64,000 bases of DNA from Microthyrium microscopicum (lineage: Eukaryota). Numbering within the stretch: the stretch's first letter is position 1; the number at the start of each line of letters is the position of its first letter. Position numbers and translations under genes: made by a program. Below the pieces are notes generated by a model. The model was given only the letters and a program-made list of their open reading frames with translations, was not told the DNA's origin and made no database searches. Shown one piece after another: positions 13,380-26,600 of the stretch. Location: assembly GCA_010405405.1 (NCBI GenBank), contig MU004237.1, positions 1,933,345-1,997,344 on the forward strand, written 5' to 3'.

Positions 13380-15042
13380 TTATATTATGGCGCCGGACGA
13401 TTTCGATCGTTTCTTCTTTTGCAACTTTTTCGAGGACTTCTTTTCTCCCTTTTTTATTTTCACCTCCAGTGCTGTATCCACGGCTGGAAGAGGTGGAAGC
13501 TCAACAGGTGATGTCCAGGAAACAGTAGTCTCACGACTTCGGCCTTGACCTTCAAGATGTGATCTTGCTTTACGAGGATCGGGATACCTTGAAGATACCT
13601 CTGGGGCAGATTTCGTGGTGGGTGCAAGAGAGATGTCGTCGTCGTTGTTGACCGACTGGCTTCCATTGGAGAATTTTCGCACAACCGGGTGGTTTGCTTC
13701 TGACATGGATTGGGACATATACTCTGCCAGCATTGGGGATGGATGATGTCCTGTAATGAGAAGGTTGCCAGATGGTGTTCTTATATGTGGTGTATGTCCC
13801 CAATCTGAAGACATACCGTCAGCACTGAAAGTCCTCAGGTCAAATTGCGGTCTGTTGGCAGCAAGAACTGGCTTGGGAGCATGAAGAGTTGGAAGGTGGC
13901 TTTCGCTAAAAGAGGTAAATCCAGGTGGAGCCAATGTGTTAAATGTCCCTCTAGTTGGTGATCGTACCTTGGGGGGTGGGTGATGTGCGAAATTGAAAGT
14001 TGATGCTGAGTAATGCGCTGGGTTCATGGATGGTACGGTGATGCTGTCTCCTGCTCTCGGCATTCGAACCCTGGGTGTGAGTTGTCCAGTCTCAGCAACA
14101 TGGGATAGACGATGATTTGATTCACTTAGATATGCAGATAAAGCTGGTCGCATATCTGAGCTTGACAGAGGCGTATCCGCTCTGGAAGCGCCATCTGTCA
14201 GTGCTGGTGGGCTCGGGCTACCATCTCTATTTGTTGAGCTTTCTCCGTAATGACTACTCATATCGGATCTGGACTTCCTATCGCGCCGATATTGGTCGTC
14301 TATGGCTATGGGAATGTCAGTGTCATATCTTCCACCTTGCGCATTGAGCTTACAGCTTTTGCCTGGTGACCGCACCCGACCTTCCAACGCATCCAATGTT
14401 GACATGTAGATGCCACTGGAATCAGACTCTGAACGCTGATATTCGTAGAGCTGTTCCATAGACACGCCAAACGAAGTAGCCAACGACTCTAATGTAAAGC
14501 TCGGTATTCGAGGAGTCTGCTCAGGCCTCCCGAGACTAAGTCGAGGTATAGCAAACTCCGAGCCAGGTATTTCTGGAGGGGGTAGTCGACCGCTTGGACT
14601 TCCGAAAAGTGATGCTGGAGGACTAGGAAAGGCGGACGTAACGGGGCTCCCGGGCATAGGAGTGTTGGTCTGAGAAATCCAAACGCCTTCCACCTCTATG
14701 CCTCGTTGTAGTGCTCGAATCCCAAACGGTATTTCGTCAATCTCAGCCATTACTCGAGCCTCGATATCGATGTCAATCCTCTTCGGAAAGGTTGAAGCTC
14801 CTATGGGCCCTTGCAGCTTGATGTACTTTCGATTCTTGTGCCATGCATACCAGTTTTTGAGAAGACCAAGACTTATTGTTATAATCTATTCGGTTAGAAA
14901 AGGAACGCAATCGCCCGCCGTACTTTACTCACCAGGAGCCCGAAAAGTACCTGTCGCTGCATTAGTGAAGATTTATCACTGAGGGTTGGGATCTTACAAA
15001 AGTCATCTGTAGCCACAGCGCCCATGCTAGAAAGAACACCAT
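13380..15042 (-). CDS. Conserved fungal hypothetical protein with N-terminal transmembrane segment and long Ser/Pro-rich tail
   Basis: Exons 15042-14998, 14950-14933 and 14885-13380 give MVFFLAWALWLQMTFVLFGLLIITISLGLL..., followed by IPFGIRALQRGIEVEGVWISQTNTP, a block I recognise from Pezizomycotina hypothetical proteins. A further in-frame intron near 14300-14360 is possible. Confidence 0.75.
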
Positions 15043-18000
15043 AATGCAGGGTCGGATTGAAACCTATGGAGCAAAGATGGTCAGGCATAAAAGCTCATAT
15101 AACTGGCCTGAAAAGCCTAAAACAATATGAAGGATGTTGAAGATTGCACTAAGAACATTGGAAATCGTGAAGGATACAAGAACAGGATGTTTGTTGTCGG
15201 CCAAAGGTCCCGGTATTCGATGTCCGGTATTCGATGGCAGCGGTTGTCCAAAAGACTGGCGGTTGATGTGGTCAAGCTCGACTCGAAGTTTTATTTTCAG
15301 GCGATGAAACCAATTTCAGGTAGCTACGTATGAGGCGGAGATCAGAGTCGTTATTTCTCGCGAACTGGGTAGTCGCTTCTGTGCACGTCTTCACGTTGAC
15401 AGATACCTCAGTCACGATTGAGATTTAACTTGCCACAAGCGCCATGACGTTGTCGGTTTTGATCCTTCAGATGAATTATGTAAACTTTGACGGACATTTT
15501 CACGAGGCTTGTAGCTGCTTTGTTTCTCCTAGTCGTTGAGTCTTAAAATCCTGGGGCAAAAATGGAACAAGTTCAGCTTGGTGTTGAGTGCGACCCTTGG
15601 TTATTGCTGCTTTAACTTTCGAGTGTTGGTATGTTCAGGAACATGGCAGCGACCTGGACGATTGCGACTGCCTAAGTGGTATATCCGGAGGAAACCGAGT
15701 TGTTGCGCTCCCTTGTTCTTTCTCTTCACGTTCGTGATAAGTAGACGGGAAGGTGCATACTAGCTCCGCGATGTGCAACTCTAGCCTTTCTCCGGATGGT
15801 TCGTGTATTTTCAACGTTCTCGTGGACTACCTAAGAACAGGAAAGAAATTATGTGCTCACTTACCGGCGTGACAACAACTTAGTGTTGTGATTACCCACT
15901 CCCCTTCCAGTCCAATGGCACCAGGTGAATATAATGAGCCAGTAGGTTATTAACAGCGACGTTTTTCGTTTCGGGCGAACGGTAATGCCATGGTAGTTAT
16001 TAAAACGACCTCTTGAGGTATTGCGTGGGCGTCGAGATAGCCGCAATGATTTGGAGATGCGGGATTCTGTAGGAAGTGGATAGGAATGACGGCGAGGAGG
16101 TTTGAAAGTGGCTGGTATATCAAGCTGTTGTACCAGCATCTGGAAATTATGCCCGATTACGCCAATGTCTAGTCTCCTTACATAAAATCTGTCAAGCGGT
16201 GCGGACCTCTCCGGGAGTCGGAAGTCGAATCGTGCCAGTCGAGTTGAAGTTAGACGAATTGAAGGCTCAATAGCTGCGTCACTGTCCCTTGGAGGACTTG
16301 GAGGCTCTTTGATGGACCTAAAAGCCGGGCATTTCCGTCCGCGCTGGTAGGCTGTTGACTTCCTGCGTGTCCAACAATGCAAGGTTCCAGTACATTGTGG
16401 AGTGGATTGGGAAGATGGAGCACGAGCTGATAGAACTCCTTCAGAAAAAAGTCGAAATAGGACAGAGAGGGGAGTAGGAAAACAGCATCTGGCTAGGATC
16501 AGCATAATAATAGAGTGCTACATGGGTCGCGTTTACTACCATATGTCACCCATTATTATTGTCATATTGGTTGTAGAGAGATCGATATTTGCCAGTGAAT
16601 CCTTCCACGCCATGTAAAGAATGGCTGTCGCAATGACCACCCTTGGGATCAGCTGGCTTGCCATGCTTGGGGATTCTAGAGCAGGGGATGACGATCCAGA
16701 ATATTGCCCAGAAGCAGGAATGCTGCTGTGAACGAACCATTCTCCAAGGGGAAAACCTTGATGTTGTTAATATATGACTATGAGGATGTAGATATTCAAT
16801 ATCGGATATGCCAGGGTCCTGGTCAGGTTGTTTGAACTGGTCATAAAACAAGGTTCAATAGAGTAAGATCAAGGATCAAGGATTGGCTAAATCAGGTACC
16901 ACACACAAAGGTATGTACAACACGAGTTCGGCCTCTTTCACTGATATTGTTGATCTTCCTAGATCTTCAAAGAGCCCCGTAGAACAACTTCCAGATTCGT
17001 TGGTGCTGCCAACTTTTGATAATGCATCTCAGGGAGGCTCGAGAAAAATTCCGTGTGAACATCAGAACGCTCATCTCTAGCTAACCACATCATGGAATCA
17101 AAAAACGTGGCCACCGGGAACGCGGTCTTCAACTTCTCTAGAATGCCACAAGCCGAAAGCATTTTGGGTAGTTGATCGGTAGGATATTCTGTGTAAACGA
17201 GGCCAACACACGTGGCCCTAACTTCGTGATAGATATTGAGAACAAGCTTAGGATCAACTTTTCCTAGCAGTCCCCTAGCATACCGCCTTTCACTAGGGTT
17301 TGACTGAAAGGAAACAAGGTCGGTATTCTTGATTCAGACTTTCTGTCATCTGCATATCAATCAGACTAGAAGGATAGCCCCAAGCTATTGTTGTTGTCAA
17401 AATAGTCGAAAAAGAGTTGTCAAGAAGACAAAAACGTTGAAAATAGTAAACAAAAGACATACCTTGATGGTCCAGATCAGCCAGGATAGTCCTAGAAGTG
17501 ACTTTCCAAAAATCGTTCTTGAGAGCCAGATTTCTCTAGCAAGGAAGCGTAGCGTGGAGCAAGGCCTCTCCCCATACTGTTACTAACCCTACTACGCCGC
17601 ACGCGAAGATAGTACGCGGGATGATCATTGGCCCCCAGGAATTAATCTATCTTTCTAGATTGCTAACTTTCCATTCGGCCCGTCTTCCTTCGAAGATACC
17701 TGCCTTTCTGTCGAACGTAGCTGAGAATCATCTGTACTCGCCTGTGGTAGAGTAATCTATGGTAGGTTCAGCCGCGGTGCAGATTGTGCAGCAACGTAGG
17801 TCAAGTAGCATATAGTGAGCAAATGCAGGATTAGGAAAAACCCTGTGTTGGAGGTCCTAGAACAGTTGCAGAATTCGTACAATGCTAATCTTCGTTCATA
17901 ATATTGAGTAAGTAAAATGGTGAATCTGCGATACCTTGAAGCAGTTGTATGACAGTACCTGGACAATGCTAGAAGTACCTCTTTTGTGCCTTTCGAATTT

Positions 18001-18390
18001 CATGGCAAGCCAAATATTTTGCAGTAATGCAAAGAAAACGTCCGCCTGGGACTCGATCAGTTATTGAAGAACTGAAAGCAAGGGGAGACCTACTTGGCGA
18101 TCCACCCACTGTCACTTGCTTAGCGGCAGTTACACAACTTCAATCCATTACCACATTACCATACTCTTTGGTAATTCTCCAAGGTATTGATCATTCAAAT
18201 ACCAGGGGAGAATGATATGATTGCGTTAAATTATCAGGACTAACTACCTCGTAGCTATGCGCTGGGATCGTCTTCATTTGGAAGTTCTGTTTTTATCCGG
18301 ATCGCTCGAGGGGGTATCATGATGCTGAGGTAAAAAACCCGGTCAAGGGAGTCATATGCTGGGAACGTAACGTCGTACTTCGGATGTGAT

Positions 18391-20069
18391 CTACTTGCGA
18401 ACAATTTTCAAGAGAGGAGCAATTCGAACTCGTTTGCTGAGACCGACCCGGTGAGGCCCTTTTCCATCCCGTGAAACACCAGTAGATTTGGTCGTCTTCG
18501 TCTTGATTTGAATCGACTTTAGTTCTTCGCCAAGTGTGATGTTCTCTTTTGCCTGATCGGGTTCACTGGGCTCCTTTGGAATTTCTTCGTCTTCCGTCTT
18601 AAGCAGGGGAAAGTCGGCAGCTTTTTCTGTCAATTGCTTGACTGCATTGTCGCTCTCTTCCATGATGACTTTGTCAAGATCTTGAACTGCGGCTTCGTCG
18701 TCCAGAACTTTGACTGGAGTTGTCACAGAGCCTTTCTTGGGTCGACCACGACCCCGTTTCTTCGCCATCTTCTCAGTCTGAGGCGTTTGAGTCTCGTCCA
18801 CAACTTCTTGATGTTGATCTGGATGGTTTTCTGTTGCTTGTAGTAGAGGAATTTCAACGACGACCTTAGATTTCGAGTCAACCTCTGAATTGGTGGTTAA
18901 GCCTTGAAAAGTTGTAGTGTCCACAGCTGTAATCTCTCGTGGTTCCGGAGGATCTTCATCGGATACCGCGATGACATCAGCATTTCCCTCCTTGGCTTCT
19001 TCTTCATCCGCCACTTCGGGCTCTGTAACAGACTTTCTTGGTCGTCCTCTCTTCTTTCGCTTTTCCTTCTGCGCAGCTGGCTTTGGAGTCTCCATTTGCA
19101 GCTCGTCGGTCTCGCCATCCTCAGGTTTCGAACGCTTCCGTTTCATTTTGGAGGTTGACTTATCGGTCAATGGAGTGTCAATTGGTTCAACATGATCCTG
19201 AGAAGTGATCTCGAGTATCTGCGGAGTACCAGGAGGCGTCCAATTTTCCTGCACTATGGGCTGTTCAACCATTGCAGCCGCCGTTACATTCTCTTGCGCG
19301 ACATCTGTTTCTGGGTTCTTATCGGTGTTGACCACGGCATCATCAGTGTTCAGAGTCGGTTCTTCGAGAAGTGCAACTTGATCTTCGACTCCCTTGGTCT
19401 AAATTAGCTTTGAAGCAACGCTAACAACAATAGCCACGTACCGCTTCAGAATTGATCAATTGTGACCAATTAAGTGATGATTTGACCTTTTCGCCATCCA
19501 CCAACTCCCCAGCATATTCTGGAACTGTAGAAAGTTCCGGTGGTCCCATATGCATGTGCATTTGCTCTAGAACTCTCCGCTGTGTTGCAGATGTATCAGG
19601 AATCGTGCTAGCCCCTTCAGAAAACATGGTATGCGGTTGGTGCTGGTTGAATTCTTCCTGCATACTTGGCGGAAGATTCCAAACTGTGCCGCCATCCACT
19701 GGTTGAGTTGTGTGCATCACGGAGTATTGTTCGCCAACGCTCTGTGGAATCAGAACATGATCACTGCTAGAGCCTTCTTCTCTATCCGCCTGAACTACGG
19801 GCGATCGTTGAATAAGGGATCGTTTGCGCTTTTTGGAAGTCGGGGTCTCCTGATGCGATATGCTCCCTTTCGATATGGGCGCAATTGGTGAGGACTCCAC
19901 GTCGTAAATAGACGTTTTCTTTGCTATGTAACGCGTTAGATGGAGATATCAGCCATTGAGTGCGCTTACCTGACGCGTTTGTTGTTGACATGGATCGTCG
20001 AGTTGGAACTGGTGAGATTGGAGCATCGAGTCCATCCTCATCATCGGAGTCCTGGATTACTCTAGGCAT
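18391..20069 (-). CDS. Acidic, disordered AT-hook protein with conserved C-terminal RVGLSKR motif
   Basis: Exons 20069-19970, 19918-19442 and 19398-18391 join in frame. Starts MPRVIQDSDDED; AT-hooks KKRGRPRK and KRGRGRPKK; ends HRVGLSKRVRIAPLLKIVRK. Confidence 0.85.
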
Positions 20070-20136
20070 GTTGATAGACCTATCGATCAACTATTGCAGT
20101 GAGCTGTCGCGGGAGTGGCATGAGTGGGGAATTGCG

Positions 20137-20142
20137 ACGCGT
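20137..20142. promoter_or_regulatory. MCB (MluI cell-cycle box) upstream of the AT-hook gene
   Basis: ACGCGT within GCGACGCGTCG, 68 bp upstream of the ATG at 20069; a related TCGCGT lies near 20187. Confidence 0.45.
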
Positions 20143-23100
20143 CGAGAATTGAAGAATGTTACACGTAGTCACGTGCCAGTGACGATTCGCGTCGTTCCTT
20201 CCCGAATCCCGTCTTACAACTTTGAAAAAAAGACTCTACAAATACAAAGGCCCAAATTCATGCACGTACCTTAACTTAACGAAGAGATTAGAGGTGTACG
20301 ATCACGTTCTGATGTTATTACCCCAACTTCGACAGCCAGTCGAGATAGCGAATCCCAGGTCGTTCAAGACACACTCGATCTCTTAATCAGTTTGCTAAAA
20401 GCTCGAGAAAAATAGACATAATCATCACTCGCAGCAGTACTTCATCTTTCTATGGTTACAATTGTGTATACCGTATCCTGCGAAACGTAAAGCCCATAAA
20501 TACGACGAATGAGCTTGGAATTCTCTCATCCGAGGTTGCCACCCCGACGGACCAATCTCAAAGTGCCCACCACCTGTGCCTCCTTACTCGTGGTCCACGG
20601 GGCTTCGCACATTCAGTTTGCCAATGGTGGGCAAAAGGAAACCGATAACATCACGCCTAATTTGGAAAAGTACAACTTTGCGACTTTTGGAGGACCTGAA
20701 TGCATGTCCAATCATATGCAAACTGACACCGAGCAACTGACCCTTTGGAGTGGTAGGGTTACTATCATAACTCCACTTCGTGAAGATGATCACCCGCTGT
20801 GACGTATAACTGTGGGACGTTTGGCATTTTGCGGGGAAGCCAAAAGTCTGGGGAAACTGCATCGGAAGGCTTCCGCAACTTCTTTTATTGGGGAGCGTTA
20901 GCAGATAATTATTGAACAGGATTTGAACAGGATTTGAATTCCATAGCTTTTTGCTACTAACCTGATGGAGGGCTGATCCGCGCTAGTGGCGTAAATGTGT
21001 ATTATTAAGTAGGGATAAATGGTGTTATATAAATTTCCCCTATACGCGTTTTTAGGTCATAATCTAGCGTATTTTGACTATAACGCTATTAAATAATACC
21101 TAAAATAGACCCTATTTGAAAGGAATTAGCTATAATAACTAGCGTTATAGTATTATTATTAATGCTTTATGTCCTAATTAAGGAAGAGCTTTAAGAATAT
21201 AGTTATTAACCTCTGCCTAAATATATTTATTGTAATTAGAGTCTTAAAGATAGATCTAATTGCCTAATGGTAATAGAATATTAGTAACTACTTTAAATTA
21301 GTAGAGGATAATATCTATAGTACTAATTAGTATATAATAGATTTAAGAAGGATGAAATCTTATAGCTAGTAGAGCTATTTAACCTTAAGAATATTATAAT
21401 TCTATACTGTCTCTATTTACTAGAGAAGGGCCTATTTCTACTTTATATAGTATTATATAGGTTAGCAAAAATCTATACTTATAATAATATTTATTAGCAC
21501 TTTGGAAGAAGTATAATATACCTAAAGACTTGCTTTAACGCTACTATTATATATCTTAACTAAAGATATATAGATACGCTATTAAGATTCTATCTATTAT
21601 TAATACTAAATTGAATTTATTAGTACTCTAAAGTAATTAATTAAGCTAGTAATAGTAATCTATTTTAGGGTTATATTAATGGTACCTATATTAATATCTA
21701 TAGGCTAATAAGTCCTATCTAAAGGTTATTATATTCTAGATATAATAAAGTATATTATATTAAATACTAGGTTATCTATTACTTTAATAGATTAATAATA
21801 GTAATAGATTTAGCATATTTAGAAAGTTTAAACAATTTAGGTATATTAATAGCGTTAGGTCTTAAAGATAGACTTTAATAGGTTAGTTTCTATACCGTTA
21901 AGATATAATAATATAATAACTTACCTATTTAGATATTTAATGGCGGTCTAAAACTATAGCTGTATAGCAACGTAGTATATCTAAATAACGACTTAATAAT
22001 GTTGCCTTTCTAAGGTATTTTGACCCTAGAATAGTGCTAATTAAATAAAGAGATATTAAAATATTATGTTGCTATTAAATAGGTGTTTAGTAATATGAAA
22101 GTATTCTTTAAGGGAGGGATATTAGATTTTAGGCTTAGGTTAAGGATAGGATTAATGCCTATTAGCGCCTATATATCTATTAGCTTCCTGTTAGCTAATT
22201 GTTATACTTATTTTAGAGGGAATATTATTTCTACTCGCTTTAAGATAGATCTACCTATAATTAAACGATACCTTAATCTAGGTAGTATATTTAATAGCTA
22301 GACACTATTAAATTTATAAGACTAGGGTAATTTAAATAGTATAGAATAGTTATAATAGTAGTTAAAGAGGTAGAAGTTATAAAGTAAAGTTAGATATTCT
22401 TACTAAAGGAGAAGAAGTTAATAGAGTAGAGTTAGCTAATTATTTAACTCTTTTATATACTTTTAAAGCTTTTAGTGTCTATTGTAATATTTCTATAAAA
22501 ACTAGATTCTATCTTTACTACTAATTTATATAAGAAATACTAGCCTAACCTTTATAATTATAATTAACCTAAAGACTCCCTTAATAACTTCTTTATCTTT
22601 ATTATCTTTAAGTAAGCTACTTTTACTTCTTTCCTTAATTTTATAACTTTATCTACTCCACTATTACTACTACTACTATTAATTTTACTACTAATAACTA
22701 TATTATCTTAAGTACTAGACTTATTAGAATTAATCTTTTCTAACTAAGTAACTAGGCTATTATAAATACTTATAATTCTATTAACCCTAGATATAGAAGT
22801 TTAAGTTCTACGCGTAGGTGCTAAAACTAGCGTTATAGTAGGTTAAGTTTAAATAAGTAGAGCTAGTAGGGTTGCTATAGCGTTATTACTACTTTTTACT
22901 ACTAGCGTAGTAGTAGGAAGTTAAGTCTCTAAAACTATAGCATCTTTAGGTTTAATAATTATTATCTTAAGATCTTTAGGTTAAATACTAGATAGAAGTG
23001 CTCTCTTCTTAGCGTAGGTTAGGCTTAAAGATATATAGAGCTTTATAACTTTTTTACGCTATTTTTAGATAGTAACTTAAGTTGCTCTTCTTAAGTTTAT

Positions 23101-23266
23101 ATAATTCTAATAACTATTATAGGTTTCTATAAAGTTATCTAAAGTAATATAGAATTTATTTATTAATATATTATGTCTTAACTTATCTTCTAGTTTAATA
23201 TAGCGTTAAGTAATTACTTGTTTAATTGCTTATTAAATAGCTTATTTAGAGGGTCCTTAGGGTAAA

Positions 23267-23626
23267 TATTAGGAATTAAACCTAATGAACTCTCTAAGAT
23301 AGGTATTATAGCCTAAGTACCTTAGCCTAATAGCTATTAGAAGCTAGCAGAGCTGCTTCTTTAGCTTTAGTATATTCTATAGTTAAGAGAACTAATAGGT
23401 TCTTAACTATTATAATTAGTAGCTAAGCATACTTTTAAGGTACCTTAGCTTATAGATAGACTACTCTAGCTTAGAGAGAAACCTTAAAGGTTCCTAAGTA
23501 ATAAGATAGAGGCTAAGGAATTTCTTTATAGTTTCTTAGTAATTACTTCTATCCTTATTTCTATATATCTAATTTATTAAGTATCTTATAATCTTTTTAC
23601 TTACTTTATAACCCTAATCTCTAATA
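23267..23626 (+). repeat. 5' LTR of element 1
   Basis: Direct repeat of 31643-32002, differing mainly by C/T and G/A transitions; termini TA..TA consistent with RIPed TG..CA. Confidence 0.92.
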
Positions 23627-26600
23627 TTATAATTACTTTTTACTAATAGAGTGCCTATAAAGCTTTTTCTTTAAAATACTATAATTAGTTATAAATAATA
23701 AACTAATAAAACCTAAGGGTAAGGTCCTTAGAGTAAAACTAGCTAAACTAAATCTAGTTATACTAGATATAACTATACTAATACTAGTAGGACTAAGTAG
23801 CCCTATAGGTAATTTTACTAATATAGAATAAGCTTATTTAGAATTAGTAGTAAATATAAAAGAGACGCTAGAATAGCTATAAGCTAAAATATAGTAAATA
23901 TATAATATACTTAAAATTAAATAACTTAAAGTAATAAAAGTAGCTTATAAATATAAAGAACTCTACTTAGTTAAATAGATTAATAAATAGGATTAATATA
24001 ATACTAGCCTAGCTATTTTAGCTTATATTAAATATAATAGCTCTAAATTAGCTTATAGTAGTAATAAACTATAGATATATAAAGCTAAAAGTCTATAAGA
24101 GTATAAGGATTAGGTCTTTAATATAACTAATATACTTACTATAAAGAAATATAAGGAGGATCTATACCTAGTAGTTCTTTAAGCCTATAATTACCTTAAT
24201 AAGGAGGTTATATAACCTACTTAGAATAATTATGTTAATTTCTAGACCTAGTTAGCTAAACTAGATTAATATAAACCTACGTAGGCCCTTATAAAATAAT
24301 AGGCCCTTAAACTTCTTAATTTACCTATTAAGAAGTATTATAAGGCCTTTTAAAGCCTCCTAATTACTATAATAAGGAAAAAGACTCCTTAAGAATACTT
24401 TAATAAGCTTATATCTTTCTTTTATAAGTATAAGATTAATAACGTATTAATTTACTTATTATTCTTTAGTAATAGACTATCTACTTACCTTAGAAATAAT
24501 ATAATCTTTAACCTAGACTATATAGTTAAGATAGCTAAAAAAGCTTTATTTTAATATATTTTAAAATATTTAAGACTTATTAGTAACTAGAAAATACTAA
24601 CTACTCCTAAGAAAAATACTAAAAATAGTAAATTCTCTAAATAGCATTTAATATCTATAGATTTAGAGAATAAGACTTAATAAGGTTCTTAGAAGAATAA
24701 GTTAAAGAAGTCTAGATTAAGCTCTCCTAATAGGGCTTTAAAGCTAGATAAACTAAAGAGTAACGTAATACCTAAAATTAAATAGCTATTTTCTAGTAAC
24801 CTTAGTAAAGATAAGTACTAAAATTATAATAAGGTAGGCTATATAGCTTATAAGTGCCCTAACTTAAAGCTAAAGAGAATTAAGGAAAAAGACTAAGCTA
24901 TAAGGTAGCTAATTAGGATCTTATAGCTTCTATTATAAATAATTTAGTTCTTAACCTTCTTAGTAACTTCTATAAAGTTATTATTACTTAGGTTTTAGAA
25001 GTAGTAAAGAATAAGAGGATTCTAGATAAAGAGGTATACTAATTAAAGAAATTGCGCTAAATTATCTTATAAGGAATTACTTAGAATTAAGTAGGCTAAG
25101 ATTATACGTTATAGAATATAATAATAGATAGTAGAGCCTATTTTAATATTATAGACTATGCCTTAGCTAAGAAGCTTTAATTAAAAATATATTATCTTCT
25201 AGAGGAGTTAGCTAAGTACTTAAATAGTATACTTATAGCTATCTATAAAGTAGTAACTATTAAAGTAATAGTAGTTAACTTTAATAGGATCTTAAAGACT
25301 AATAAGGTATTATTTTGTATTATAGACTTATTATACTATATAATTATTATAAGAATGCCCTAGCTTAAGGATTAGAACCCCTTACTAGACTTTAAGGTTA
25401 AGACTTTATTTTTTATTTATTTAGAAGATAACTACTATAATAAGATTAGCTCTATCTTCCTAGAGAAATTGCTTTAATTAGGTTAAGATAAATCTACTTA
25501 GCTCTTTAAGTATTTAGTAAATTTATTAGACTATATTAGCCTATAAGACTTACTATATTATTATAAGAGGCTTATAGAGACCTTTAGTAAGGATAAAGCA
25601 TAAGATTTAGTAGAATATAGTCTATAGGACCTAGCTATTAACTTTAAGCTAGGTATAACTATACCTTATTAGCTTATTTATAGCTTATTAAAAGTAGAAC
25701 TAGTTATTCTATATAAATATCTTAAGAAAGATCTTAAGAGAGAATTTATTTATAAATCTTAGTCTTCTATTAAAGCCCTAATTATCTTTATAAAGAAGAA
25801 GAATAGTACTTTACGTTTATATATAAACTATAGAAGCTTAAATAATATTATAGTTAAGGATTATTATACTCTACTACTAATTAAAAAGTTACTAGACTAA
25901 CTATTAAGAGCTAAACTCTTTATAAGCTTAGACTTTTATAAAGTATATTATTATATCTATATTTATATTAGTAATAAGTAGAAGATAGCGTTCTAAACTA
26001 AATATAAGTCTTTTAAGTATTAAGTAATACTCTTTAAGCTTACTAACGTTTTTACTACTTTCTAAGTATATATTAATTAAGCCTTATATAGCTTTATTAA
26101 CGTAACTTATATTATCTACCTTAATAATATCCTTATCTTCTCTAAGAACGAAGAAGATTATATTAAATATATAAAGAAGGTACTTAAAAGACTTATTAAG
26201 TTTAAGTTATATACTAAGCTATTAAAGTATAGCTTCTATATAAACTAAACTAAGTACCTTAAGTACGTTATAACCTTAAATAGTACTATAATAGAACTAG
26301 AATAGATTATAATAGTTATAAATTAGCTAATACTATATAATATATACTAAGTAAGAAAGTTTATTAGCTTTATAAATTACTATTAACGTTTTATTACTAA
26401 CTTCTTTTATATTACTTCCTTATTAAACTCTTTAACTAAGAAGCTTTTAAGGTAGGCCTTAAAAGACTAATAGCTACGTAATAAGAAATTAGTTCCTATT
26501 AACCTTTCTTCTAAAGCTATTTAATCTTTTAACGACCTAAAGATTACCTTTACGTATATATTAATTTTTACTTATTATAATTCTATATTAAAGACCTATT

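Noticed and set aside
15861..16505. 214-aa minus-strand ORF
   Set aside because: Arg/Ser/Pro-rich random-looking composition with no family motif; probably spurious, though not excluded.
22083..22301. 72-aa ORF in AT-rich DNA
   Set aside because: Chance open frame on the opposite strand of a RIPed sequence.
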